From the NCBI GenBank assembly GCA_035605575.1, contig DASTCJ010000210.1, forward strand, positions 78,750-142,749: a DNA stretch of 64,000 nucleotides, read 5' to 3'. Numbering within the stretch: position 1 is the first letter of the stretch; the number at the start of each line of letters is the position of its first letter. The notes below the pieces were generated by a model, which saw only the letters and a program-made list of their open reading frames with translations, was not told where the DNA came from and searched no databases. A program made the translations under genes and the position numbers. The DNA is from Candidatus Methylomirabilota bacterium. Its GTDB lineage: Bacteria; Methylomirabilota; Methylomirabilia; Rokubacteriales; CSP1-6. Shown here one piece after another: positions 1-8,976 of the stretch.

Positions 1-1
1 C

Positions 2-1405
2 GATGGTCTCGTGCAGTTCGATCAGACGCTGACGGTCACGCCGGCGCTCGCCCAGCACTGGAAGGCGTCGCGGGACGGCCTCGTGTGGACGTTCAGCCTC
101 CGCCCCGGCATCCGCTTCCACCACGGCCGCGAGGTCATCGCCGACGATGTCGTGTACTCGCTCACGCGGCTCCTCAATCCGAAGCTCGGCTCGGCGGCGG
201 CCGATCTCTTTCGGAATGTGAAGGGCGCCGTGGAGTTCCGCGAGGGTCGTGCGAAGACCGTCGCCGGACTCACGGCCGTGGACCGTTATACCGTGGAGGT
301 CGTCCTGACGGAGGCGCTGGTGCCCTTCGTGTCCGTGCTCGCGGTCGGGCACGCGAAGATCGTCCCGCGCGACGTCGTCGAGCAGAAGGGCGACGACGGC
401 TTCGGGATGGCGCCGGTCGGGACCGGTCCGTTCCGGTTTGTGAAGTGGGATCGCGGGCGAGAGATCCGCCTGGACGCCAATCCCGACTACTTCGCCGGCT
501 CCCCACGTCTGTCGCGGCTCGTCTTTCGAATTTTCCCGGGGGCGCCGCTCGACGCGATGTACGAGGAATTTAAGCGCGGCCAGCTCGAGGACACGCCGCC
601 ACCGGTGACTGATTATCGCCGCGCCGTGAGCGCCGCCGGCGACGGCTACGTCAAGCGCTCACAGCTCTCCGTGCGGTTTTACGGCCTGAACACGCGCATC
701 AAGCCGTTGAGCGACCGGCTCGTGCGCCAGGCGCTCAGCCACGCCGTCGACCGCGAGATGATCATCGAGGAGCCGTTTCTGGGACGGCACGTGCTGGCCC
801 GCGGCATCCTGCCGCCTGGAACGCAGGGCTACAACCCGAAGCTCGCCGGGTACGCGTACGATCCGCGCCGTGCGCGGGAACTGCTTGCTCAGGCCGGACA
901 TCCCGGAGGTCGCGGGCTGCCGCCGATCGCGATCTGGTCCAGCGTGCGTCATCAGGGCATCGAGCGCGAGCACGATCTCATCCGGGACAATTTGAAGGCC
1001 GTGGACGTGCAGACGGAGTTTCGATACCAGACCGACTGGCCCGCGTTCTCGCGTCTCCTGAGCGAGCGCCGTCTGCCGGTCTTTCAGTACGCCTGGTATG
1101 CCGACATTCCGGATCCGGACAACTTCCTCTTCAAGCTGTTCCACTCCCAGAGCGCGGCGAATTTCACGGGCTACGCCAACCCGCGCGTCGATGCGCTGCT
1201 CGTGCGGGCTCGCAACGAGGCCGACATCATGCGACGCGTGGAGCTGTATCGACGCGTGGAGGAAGCCGTGCTCGATGACGCGCCGATCCTGCCCGTCTGG
1301 CATTACTCCTACGAGCGTATCTTCAAGCCGTACGTCCGGAACGTCGAAGTGAACGGCCTCGGCGATCCATATATTCCGTTTCGCAAGGTGTGGCTCGCGC
1401 GATGA
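2..1405 (+). CDS. ABC transporter substrate-binding protein, family 5 (peptide/nickel), 5-prime truncated by window edge
   Basis: ORF 11..1405 stays open to the window edge (DGLVQFD). Family-5 motifs: P.LA..W, WTFSLRPGIRFHHG, PVGTGPF, R.VRQAL..AVDR, W.AD.PDPDNFL. Confidence 0.9.
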   Translation, partial: DGLVQFDQTLTVTPALAQHWKASRDGLVWTFSLRPGIRFHHGREVIADDVVYSLTRLLNPKLGSAAADLFRNVKGAVEFREGRAKTVAGLTAVDRYTVEVVLTEALVPFVSVLAVGHAKIVPRDVVEQKGDDGFGMAPVGTGPFRFVKWDRGREIRLDANPDYFAGSPRLSRLVFRIFPGAPLDAMYEEFKRGQLEDTPPPVTDYRRAVSAAGDGYVKRSQLSVRFYGLNTRIKPLSDRLVRQALSHAVDREMIIEEPFLGRHVLARGILPPGTQGYNPKLAGYAYDPRRARELLAQAGHPGGRGLPPIAIWSSVRHQGIEREHDLIRDNLKAVDVQTEFRYQTDWPAFSRLLSERRLPVFQYAWYADIPDPDNFLFKLFHSQSAANFTGYANPRVDALLVRARNEADIMRRVELYRRVEEAVLDDAPILPVWHYSYERIFKPYVRNVEVNGLGDPYIPFRKVWLAR

Positions 1406-3306
1406 GGACTCCCCGTCTGCGCTCGCTCACCGTGCGGCTGTCGCTCGGCACCGTGCTCGTCGTCGCCACGGTGATGGCGGGGCTGATCTTCCTCGTCGAG
1501 CGTCACCAGCGCGGCGCCATCATCGAAGAAACCGAGCGGCGGGGCGAAGTGCTCGCGCGGAATCTCGCCGCGATGTCCTACGGCCCGCTGTTGCTCTACA
1601 ACTACACCGCGCTCGAGCAGAGCGTGGCCCGCGTTGCCGGCGAGGCCGACGTTGCCTACGCGGTCGTCGTGGATGCCGAGGGACGCGTGGCCGCGCACAG
1701 TCGAAACGCCGCGCGCGTGGGCGAGTTCCTCACCGGCGATGTCGACCGCGCCGCCGCCCGCGCCCTGGAACCGCTTCGCCAGGACACCGTCGATCGGCGC
1801 GGTGGCTCGGCCTACGACTTCGCGGTGCCGGTCCTCGTCAACGGGGAGAAGTGGGGCACGGTGCGCGTGGGGCTGTCGAAGGCGCGGATGCGCGCGCAGA
1901 TCGCCCGGACGCGCTCGGAGCTCGGGCTGTTGATGCTCGTGACCACGCTGGTCGCGGCGTGCGCGGCGGCCGTCGTCGCGCGGCGGATCTCGCGCCCCGT
2001 GCAGCAGCTCGCCAATGGTGCGGCGGCCATCGCCCGCGGTGAGCTCAATCAACGGATCGAGCCCGCGACCGACGACGAGATCGGCCATCTGGCGCACGCC
2101 TTCAATCACATGGCGGCGGAGCTGGCGCGCCAGCGGACGGCCCTGGAAAACGCCAACGCGGAGCTGCGCCGCGGACTCGACGAGCTGGCCGATCTCAAGG
2201 GGTACACCGACAACATCCTGGCCTCGCTGACGAACGGCATCGTCACCGTCGATCTGGACGGACGAGTCGTGACGCTGAATCCCGCCGCCGAGCTCATGAC
2301 GGGCTTCTTCGCGGGGGAGGTCAGGGCGCGATACTGCACCGAAGTGTTCGCGCAGACGCCCGATGTCGCCGAGCTGCTGATGGAGACGCTCGCCAACCGG
2401 ACCCCGGTGCTCGGGATGACGCTGACCCTTCGCCGGCGCGGTGGTCGCGGATTGCCGGTGGAGCTGAGTGTCTCGCCGCTACGGGGCAGCGAGGGCAAGG
2501 AGCTCGGTGTCATCGGTGTCTTTCGCGACCTCACACGCGTCCATCAGCTGGAGGAGCGACTGCGTCGCTCCGACCGCCTGGCGGCCGTCGGAGAGCTCGC
2601 GGCCGGCCTCGCCCACGAGATCAAGAATCCGCTGACCGCGCTGCTGACGTTCAGCCGGCGCCTGCGGCGGGCGTTCGAGGACGCCGAGTTCCGGCAGAAG
2701 TTCCAGACGGTGGTGCCGCGCGAGCTCGAGCGCATCAACGGCATCGTGGAAGGCTTGCTGGAGCTCGCGCGGCCGGCCCGGCTGGCATTCAAGCCGCTGC
2801 GCGTGTCGGCGCTCCTGGAGCGCGCGGTCGAGCTCTACGAAACTCGCATCGATGCGCAGCGTATCGACGTGCAGCGTGAGTACGCTCGCGATCTGCCGAC
2901 GATCTTTGCCGACCACGACGCGCTCTACCAGGCCGTCGTGAACCTGGTGACGAACGCGCTCGACGCCATGCCGAGTGGTGGCGTCCTCGTGCTCCGCACG
3001 GCCTGGAGCGACGGCGAGAGCCTGCACGGGCGCCGCGCCGGCGGTGTACGCCGGGTGGCCATCGAGATTGAGGACAGCGGCGTCGGGATGAGTCCGGCCG
3101 TCGTGGATCGCATCTTCAATCCGTTCTTCTCGACGAAGGAGGGCGGCACCGGACTGGGACTGGCGCTCGCCCACAAGATCGTCGATGACCACGAGGGCTC
3201 GCTCGACGTTCGCAGCGCGCCGGGCGTTGGGACGACGTTCCGCCTCGTGCTGCCTTTGATGCCGCAAGCCACCACCGAGCCGGGACACGATGCGCGCTTC
3301 GGCTGA
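1402..3306 (+). CDS. Membrane sensor histidine kinase (periplasmic sensor, HAMP, PAS, HisKA, HATPase_c)
   Basis: ATGA overlap with the upstream stop. Two TM helices, HAMP (DEIGHLAHAFNHM), PAS (GIVTVDLDGRVVTLNPAAE), H-box HEIKNPL, N-box NLVTNALDAM, G boxes DSGVGM and GTGLGL. Confidence 0.92.
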   Translation: MRTPRLRSLTVRLSLGTVLVVATVMAGLIFLVERHQRGAIIEETERRGEVLARNLAAMSYGPLLLYNYTALEQSVARVAGEADVAYAVVVDAEGRVAAHSRNAARVGEFLTGDVDRAAARALEPLRQDTVDRRGGSAYDFAVPVLVNGEKWGTVRVGLSKARMRAQIARTRSELGLLMLVTTLVAACAAAVVARRISRPVQQLANGAAAIARGELNQRIEPATDDEIGHLAHAFNHMAAELARQRTALENANAELRRGLDELADLKGYTDNILASLTNGIVTVDLDGRVVTLNPAAELMTGFFAGEVRARYCTEVFAQTPDVAELLMETLANRTPVLGMTLTLRRRGGRGLPVELSVSPLRGSEGKELGVIGVFRDLTRVHQLEERLRRSDRLAAVGELAAGLAHEIKNPLTALLTFSRRLRRAFEDAEFRQKFQTVVPRELERINGIVEGLLELARPARLAFKPLRVSALLERAVELYETRIDAQRIDVQREYARDLPTIFADHDALYQAVVNLVTNALDAMPSGGVLVLRTAWSDGESLHGRRAGGVRRVAIEIEDSGVGMSPAVVDRIFNPFFSTKEGGTGLGLALAHKIVDDHEGSLDVRSAPGVGTTFRLVLPLMPQATTEPGHDARFG

Positions 3307-3345
3307 GTGCTCGGCCGTCGGCGTGAGCGCGCGGACGGTCCGCCG

Positions 3346-4305
3346 CTACCGGTTGAGGCGGCGGCGCAGGAATCCCAGCAGCCCCTGGGGCACGAAGATC
3401 ACCATGAGGATGAAGATGATGCCCACCGGAATCAGGTAGTACTGGGTGAAATAGCGCGAGAAGAGCTCGCGCAGCACGAAGAAGAACCCCGCCCCGACCA
3501 CCGGCCCCACGAGCGTGCCCATCCCGCCCATGACGTTGAAAATAACGACCTCGCCCGAGACGATGAAGAAGACGAAGTCGGGTGCGGCGAATCGATTCTG
3601 GACCGCGTAGAGGACCCCGGCCAACCCGGCGAAGACCCCGGACAGCATGACGGCCACGATCTTGTAGCGCTCCACGGGATAGCCGATGGCGCGCGTGCGC
3701 GGCTCGTTTTCGCGAATGGACTGAAGCACCATCCCGAACGGTGATTGCGTGATCCGTCGCAGCAGCAGGAACGACGCCGTCACCATCCCGAGCACGAACC
3801 AGTGCAGGGTCTCCGGCGTGAACGTCGCCGCCATCACGCCCGGAATGCTGAAAGGCGGCTGACGAAAGCTGAGCCCGTTCTCGCCGCCGGTCACCTCCGT
3901 CCACGTGAAGATCACGACGTAGAAGATCTGGGAGAAGACGAGCGTGGTGATGGAGAAGTAGATGTCGCGCAGCCGCGTCGAGAAGTACGCCACGAACGCG
4001 GCCACCGCCGCCGCCGCCACCAGGCCGTACACCAGGGCGAGCCAGAGATTCGGCGGTTGCACGGTGAGCAGGGCCGCGGCGGCGCCGTACATTCCAAGCC
4101 CGAAGAACACCGAGTGCCCGAACGATACCATCCCCGTGTAGCCGATCAGAATGTCCGACGACATCGCGAGCAGGCCCCAGATGAGGATCTCGGTCACGAA
4201 GCGCCGCCAGAATTCCGGCAGAACGAGCGGCGCCACGATCAACGCCGTCACCACGAGGCCGAAGCCCAGCCAGTAGCCGCGCGCCGCCGGCATCGCTCTC
4301 GTCAT
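3346..4305 (-). CDS. livM: Branched-chain amino acid ABC transporter permease (LivM-like)
   Basis: Hydrophobic. Motifs GYTGMVSFGHSVFFGLG, TGGENG, SPFG..L.SIRENE.R..AIG. Confidence 0.88.
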   Translation of the reverse strand: MTRAMPAARGYWLGFGLVVTALIVAPLVLPEFWRRFVTEILIWGLLAMSSDILIGYTGMVSFGHSVFFGLGMYGAAAALLTVQPPNLWLALVYGLVAAAAVAAFVAYFSTRLRDIYFSITTLVFSQIFYVVIFTWTEVTGGENGLSFRQPPFSIPGVMAATFTPETLHWFVLGMVTASFLLLRRITQSPFGMVLQSIRENEPRTRAIGYPVERYKIVAVMLSGVFAGLAGVLYAVQNRFAAPDFVFFIVSGEVVIFNVMGGMGTLVGPVVGAGFFFVLRELFSRYFTQYYLIPVGIIFILMVIFVPQGLLGFLRRRLNR

Positions 4306-4306
4306 T

Positions 4307-5179
4307 TCACTTCGGCGTCGGCACGAAAAGGCCCGTCGGTCGGAACAGCAGCGTGAGCACGAGCACGATGAACGACACGATCACCGCCTGGGCCGGGCTG
4401 ACGAACAACGACGCGTAGGCCTCGAGCAGGCTGACGAAGATCGAGGCGAGGATCGAGCCGCCCAGATTGCCCATACCGCCCACCACCACCACCACGAACG
4501 CGCGCAGCGTGAAGTCCAGCCCGATCGTCTGGGTGACGCCCACCAGCGGCGCGAACAGCACACCGGAGGCGGCCGCCATGCCGGCGCCGATCGCAAAGAC
4601 GGCGGCGTGGACGGCGGGCACCGGGATGCCCATGGCCGAGGCCATCACCCGGTCCTGTGTGGTGGCCCGGATCCAGATGCCGTAGGTGCCGTACTTCATG
4701 AAGAGCCAGAGGCCGCCGATGATCGCCGCTGACAGCAGGGCGATGGCGATGCGATAGACGGGATATTGCAGATACAGCAGCTGGAACTGGCCGCCGATCG
4801 GCTCGGAGATTCGGCGCGCCGACGGACCCCACTGCCAGAGCGCGTAGTTCTGCAGGACCAGCGAGATGCCGAAGGTCGCCAGGATCGTCGTCAGCGGGTC
4901 GCGCCCCAGCAGCGGGCGCAGCGTGGTGACCTGCAGCAGCGCGCCGAGAAGCGCGACGACGACGACCGCGGCCACGAGCGCTGCCCAGAAGTTGCCGCTC
5001 GACATGAACACGCCCGAGCCGACGAACGCGCCGAGCATCAGAAGGTCGCCGTGGGCGAAGTTCACCACGTCCATGATTCCGAAGATGAGCGTCAGGCCCG
5101 AGGCGACCAGCGCCAGGATCATGCCGCTTACGAGTCCGTTCACCGTCTGCACGAGGAATTGCTCGAGCGGGATGCCCAC
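4307..5179 (-). CDS. livH: Branched-chain amino acid ABC transporter permease (LivH-like)
   Basis: ALVASGLTLIFGIMDVVNFAHGD, G..IRA..QD..MA..MGI, VVGGMG. GTG start. Confidence 0.9.
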   Translation of the reverse strand: MGIPLEQFLVQTVNGLVSGMILALVASGLTLIFGIMDVVNFAHGDLLMLGAFVGSGVFMSSGNFWAALVAAVVVVALLGALLQVTTLRPLLGRDPLTTILATFGISLVLQNYALWQWGPSARRISEPIGGQFQLLYLQYPVYRIAIALLSAAIIGGLWLFMKYGTYGIWIRATTQDRVMASAMGIPVPAVHAAVFAIGAGMAAASGVLFAPLVGVTQTIGLDFTLRAFVVVVVGGMGNLGGSILASIFVSLLEAYASLFVSPAQAVIVSFIVLVLTLLFRPTGLFVPTPK

Positions 5180-5180
5180 G

Positions 5181-5888
5181 TCAGACCCCCAGATACTGGT
5201 GAATGACCGCGTTGTCGGCGCGGAGCGCGGCGGCGGTGGCCTGATGGCGGACGGCGCCCTTTTCCATGATGTAGACGCGATCGGAGACGGCCAGCGTCAG
5301 CGGGACGTTCTGCTCGACGAGCAGAATCGCCACACCTTCCGTGTGAAGGATCTCGATGATCGCGCGAATCTGACCGACCATCCGCGGCATCAGGCCTTCC
5401 GTCGGCTCGTCGAGCAGGATGATCTTCGGCTCGAGCACCATGGCCCGCGCGATCGCGAGCATCTGCTGCTCGCCCCCCGACAGAGTGCCGCCGGCCTGGT
5501 GCCGCCGCTCGCGGAGCACGGGAAAATAGCGGTAGACCTTCTCGAGCAGGAGCTGGCGGCGATCCGGCGTCATGCCGCTCCGATCGAGCCCGGTCCGCAG
5601 ATTTTCGAGCACGGTCAAGAGCCGGAACACGCGGCGATCCTCCGGGACGTAGCCGAGGCCGAGGGCGGGCAGGCGATGAGTGGCCAGACCGACGAGCTCT
5701 CGTCCCTCGAAGGTGACCGACCCCGCAGAGGCGCGCACGAGGCCCATGATCGTCTTCAGCGTCGTCGATTTGCCGACGCCATTGCGGCCGAGCAGGCCGA
5801 CGACCTCGCCGGGCGCGACGTCGATGGTCACCCCGTGCAGCACGTGTGATTTGCCATAGTGGGCGTGGACGTCACGGAGGGAGAGCAT
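5181..5888 (-). CDS. livF: Branched-chain amino acid ABC transporter ATP-binding protein (LivF-like)
   Basis: C-terminal part of ORF 5181..6734, start set at MLSLRDVHAHYG (ATG 5888). Walker A GRNGVGKST, signature LSGGEQQM, LLDEP. Confidence 0.92.
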   Translation of the reverse strand: MLSLRDVHAHYGKSHVLHGVTIDVAPGEVVGLLGRNGVGKSTTLKTIMGLVRASAGSVTFEGRELVGLATHRLPALGLGYVPEDRRVFRLLTVLENLRTGLDRSGMTPDRRQLLLEKVYRYFPVLRERRHQAGGTLSGGEQQMLAIARAMVLEPKIILLDEPTEGLMPRMVGQIRAIIEILHTEGVAILLVEQNVPLTLAVSDRVYIMEKGAVRHQATAAALRADNAVIHQYLGV

Positions 5889-6634
5889 CAGATCTTCAGG
5901 TAGACGTCTTGCACGCGGGCGTTCGCCTGGATCTCTGCGGGCGCGCCCTCGGCCAGCACCTCGCCGTAGTGCAGCACGGTGATGGCGGAGGCCAGCCCCA
6001 TGACGACCTCCATGTCGTGCTCGACGATGAGGATGGTGAGGTTCGCCGCGATCTGACGGATGAGCTCGACGGTGTGATGCGTCTCGGTGACGCTCATCCC
6101 GGCCGTCGGCTCGTCGAGGCAGAGGACTTTCGGCTCGGTGGCCAGCGCGATGGCGATCTCGAGCGTACGCTGCTCGCCGTGCGAGAGATTCGCTGCCAGC
6201 TCGTCGGACTTGCCGTCGAGGCCGACCGAGGCGAGCACGCGATGCGTGCTGTCGAGCACGTCGGTGTAGGCGCGATGATGCCGCAGCATGCTCCAGTTGT
6301 GGTGTCGCGACTGCGCGGCGATGCGGACATTCTCGAGCACGGTGGCGCCCGGCAAGATGTTCGTGATCTGATACGAGCGCGCGAGTCCCTTCCGCGAGAT
6401 CAGGTATGGCGGCAGCCCGGTGATGTCCTCCTCGTCGAACACGATGCGTCCGGCCGTGGGACGCATCACGCCGGTCAGGCAGTTGAAGAAGGTCGACTTG
6501 CCGGCGCCGTTCGGACCGATCACGGCACGGATCTGGCCCTGGGGCACGGAGATCGAAACGTTGTTGAGCGCGGTGAGACCTCCGAACCGAACGGTCAGCC
6601 CGTCGGTTCGGAGGATCCCCGTCGCGGACGTCAC
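5888..6634 (-). CDS. livG: Branched-chain amino acid ABC transporter ATP-binding protein (LivG-like)
   Basis: Walker A GPNGAGKST, LSHGEQR, LDEPTAGM, EHDM. GTG start overlapping the SBP stop (GTGA). Confidence 0.92.
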   Translation of the reverse strand: MTSATGILRTDGLTVRFGGLTALNNVSISVPQGQIRAVIGPNGAGKSTFFNCLTGVMRPTAGRIVFDEEDITGLPPYLISRKGLARSYQITNILPGATVLENVRIAAQSRHHNWSMLRHHRAYTDVLDSTHRVLASVGLDGKSDELAANLSHGEQRTLEIAIALATEPKVLCLDEPTAGMSVTETHHTVELIRQIAANLTILIVEHDMEVVMGLASAITVLHYGEVLAEGAPAEIQANARVQDVYLKI

Positions 6635-7944
6635 GCCTTGGGGAAGGTGCACGCGGGCGGAAAGACCGTCTTGTCCTTGGACACCACCTCGAGGATGTGG
6701 TGCTTGCCGTTCTTGATGTCGAAGATGAACTCACGGACGAACGCCTGGTGGTCTTCCTTGCGGATTGTCTTGTCGCCCTGCGGGAAGTCGTCGCCCTCCT
6801 TGAGCTCCAGGCCTTCCAGCGCCGCGATCAGCTTCTCCGTGTCCTCGCGGCCTCGGAAGCCAGACTTCTGCATGCCGATCTTGAGCGTGTTCATCGCCTC
6901 GAAGTTCGACTGCACGTAGCGATCGGGCAGCGGGCCGCTGGGATCGACCTTGGCCAGGCGTGCCTTGGCTTCCTCGAAAAACTTCTTGTGCGCCGGCGTG
7001 TCGAGCGGCTTGTCGAGCACGGGCACGTAGCGGTTGATGCCGACGAAGCCCTCGATCTTGTTGCCGAGGGCAGGCAGGTTCGTCGACTCGGCGATGGCGC
7101 CGTCACCGGCCCACTTGTACTTCTTCGTGAGCCCGAGGTCGGACGCCTGGTTGCCGATGGTGACGCCGTCCTTGCCGAAGAAGATTCCGAACAGGCCGTC
7201 GAAGCTGCCGCTGATCTTCGACAGGAACGGCGTCATGTCCGCCGTGCCGAGCGGGATGCCGGTGGTGCCGACCACCTCGCCGCCCGCCTTCTTGATCTGC
7301 TCGCCGTACGCGTCCCGGGTTGCCTGGCCCCACGCGTAGTCGGCGTAGGCCAGGTGCCACTTCTTGGCGCCCATTTTCCCGACCAGATAGGGCGCGAACG
7401 CGACCGCCTGCGCCGGCGCGTAGTCGAAGGGGCGGAACGTGTAGCGGCTGCATTTCGACGTGGTGAGCGTCGTGTCGAGGCAGACGCCGATCATGTTGAC
7501 GATCTTGTGCTCTTCCCACACCGGCGCACAGGCGAGGCAGACGTTGGACAGAAAGCCGCCCTCGTGCGCATCGACCTTGTCCTCGACCGCCAGCTTCTCG
7601 GCCTTGCGGCGGCCGGTGTCAGGCTTCGACTGGTAGTCCTCGATGATCAGTTCGATCGGGCGGCCGTTGACGCCGCCGCTCTTGTTGATCCGATCGACCG
7701 CCATCTGCGTCCCGACCAGCGCGGTGATGCCGCCGGCGGCGGCCGCGCCGGTCAGCGGCTGCATGGTGCCGATCTTGTACGGCTTCGCCTGACCGAACGC
7801 CTCGCGCCAGGGGGCCGGCACGACGAGCGTGGCACCGATCGCGCCGGCCGCGCTCGCCGAGAGGCCGAGGAATCGACGCCGGGATGTCTTGCCGCTCCAC
7901 CACATGTCCTGCGCCCACGGGGCGTCTTGCCAGCGGTCAGCCAT
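6631..7944 (-). CDS. Liv-type ABC substrate-binding protein with twin-arginine signal
   Basis: SRRRFL Tat motif, IGTMQPLTG, IN..GGVNGRPIELI.ED, DYAWG. SD AGGAGGAG upstream. Confidence 0.9.
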   Translation of the reverse strand: MADRWQDAPWAQDMWWSGKTSRRRFLGLSASAAGAIGATLVVPAPWREAFGQAKPYKIGTMQPLTGAAAAGGITALVGTQMAVDRINKSGGVNGRPIELIIEDYQSKPDTGRRKAEKLAVEDKVDAHEGGFLSNVCLACAPVWEEHKIVNMIGVCLDTTLTTSKCSRYTFRPFDYAPAQAVAFAPYLVGKMGAKKWHLAYADYAWGQATRDAYGEQIKKAGGEVVGTTGIPLGTADMTPFLSKISGSFDGLFGIFFGKDGVTIGNQASDLGLTKKYKWAGDGAIAESTNLPALGNKIEGFVGINRYVPVLDKPLDTPAHKKFFEEAKARLAKVDPSGPLPDRYVQSNFEAMNTLKIGMQKSGFRGREDTEKLIAALEGLELKEGDDFPQGDKTIRKEDHQAFVREFIFDIKNGKHHILEVVSKDKTVFPPACTFPKA

Positions 7945-7963
7945 GACACTCCTCCTGATGTGC

Positions 7964-7987
7964 CGCGCCGGCCACGGGGCCGGCGCG
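7964..7987. other. Perfect 10-bp GC stem-loop in the leader of the Liv-type SBP gene
   Basis: CGCGCCGGCC-acgg-GGCCGGCGCG, with no U-tract following on the coding (minus) strand. Confidence 0.6.
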
Positions 7988-8019
7988 AAAGTATGCGGCA
8001 GTGGGGAATGAGTTTCGGG

Positions 8020-8028
8020 AGGATAGCA
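8020..8028 (-). promoter_or_regulatory. Putative extended -10 promoter for the Liv-type ABC operon
   Basis: TGCTATCCT (TGnTAnnnT) on the minus strand in the 105-bp intergenic gap. Confidence 0.4.
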
Positions 8029-8049
8029 CAGGTGCGCGCGGACGGCGCG

Positions 8050-8976
8050 TCAGCCGAGCCGCGCAAGCTCGAGCGCGCGGACGATGGCCTCGCGCTCGGC
8101 GGCGGCGATCGGCGTGAGCGGCGGTCGGACATGCGCGGCAGGAATGCGGCCGAGAAGGACCAGCGCCTCCTTCATCCGGTTGTGCATGTCGACGAACGGC
8201 GTGGCGTAGAACACGCGCACGAGGGGCTCGAGCCGGTCGTTGATGCGCCGCGCGCCGTCGAGGTCGCCCTTCTGGCAGGCGGCGAACAGCTCGACCTGGA
8301 GATCTGCCGTCACGCTGCCCATGCCGGAGATCGCGCCGTCGGCGCCGAGCAGAAAGCTGGCCATCAAGGACATGGTGAACGACGACAGCATGGCCACGGG
8401 ACGGCCGGTGGCGCGGACAGCGCGCAGGTTCGCCTCGAAGGCGACGATGTCGTTCGACCAGTCCTTCACGGCCACCACCCCGGGAATCTGCGCCAGCTGC
8501 GCCAGCGTCTCCGGCGCGTAGCCAATCCCGCTGGCCGGCGGATATTCGAAGGCCACGATCGGCAAGCCCACCGCCGCGACCTCGCGGTAGTGGCGCAGGA
8601 CCATCTCAGGCTTCGCCTGCGCGCCCCACATGAACAGCGTCGGCGGGAACAGAAGCACGCCGGCGGCGCCGGCGCCCCGCGCATCCCGCGCGAGCTCGAC
8701 GGCTTCCGCGGTGCCGTCGGTGTACACGCCGGCGACAACGGGACACGCGCCGCCGATCTCGTCGAGGGCGATGGCGAGCGCCCGCTTGCGCTCCTCGCGG
8801 GAGAGCGAGGCCACTTCGGCCGCATGGCCGTTGGCGACGACGCCGGCCACGCCCGGCGTGTCGGCGAGCCAGCGCAGGTGCTTGCGGTAGGCGGGCTCGT
8901 CGATCGACAGATCGGCCCGGAAGGGCAGGATGTTGGCCGGCATGATTCCCGAAAACGTCAGCGCCTCGCGCATCAT
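8050..8976 (-). CDS. Dihydrodipicolinate synthase (DapA/NAL) family lyase
   Basis: (beta/alpha)8 DHDPS pattern: P..LPF..D..IDE, Schiff-base Lys in VKDWS, VRPPL.P at the C-terminus. Confidence 0.85.
   Translation of the reverse strand: MMREALTFSGIMPANILPFRADLSIDEPAYRKHLRWLADTPGVAGVVANGHAAEVASLSREERKRALAIALDEIGGACPVVAGVYTDGTAEAVELARDARGAGAAGVLLFPPTLFMWGAQAKPEMVLRHYREVAAVGLPIVAFEYPPASGIGYAPETLAQLAQIPGVVAVKDWSNDIVAFEANLRAVRATGRPVAMLSSFTMSLMASFLLGADGAISGMGSVTADLQVELFAACQKGDLDGARRINDRLEPLVRVFYATPFVDMHNRMKEALVLLGRIPAAHVRPPLTPIAAAEREAIVRALELARLG

Noticed and set aside
5181-6734. Apparent 517-aa extended ABC ATPase
   Set aside because: The N-terminal part overlaps livG in another frame. The real livF start is ATG 5888 with an ATGA-type overlap, so no fusion or frameshift is needed.
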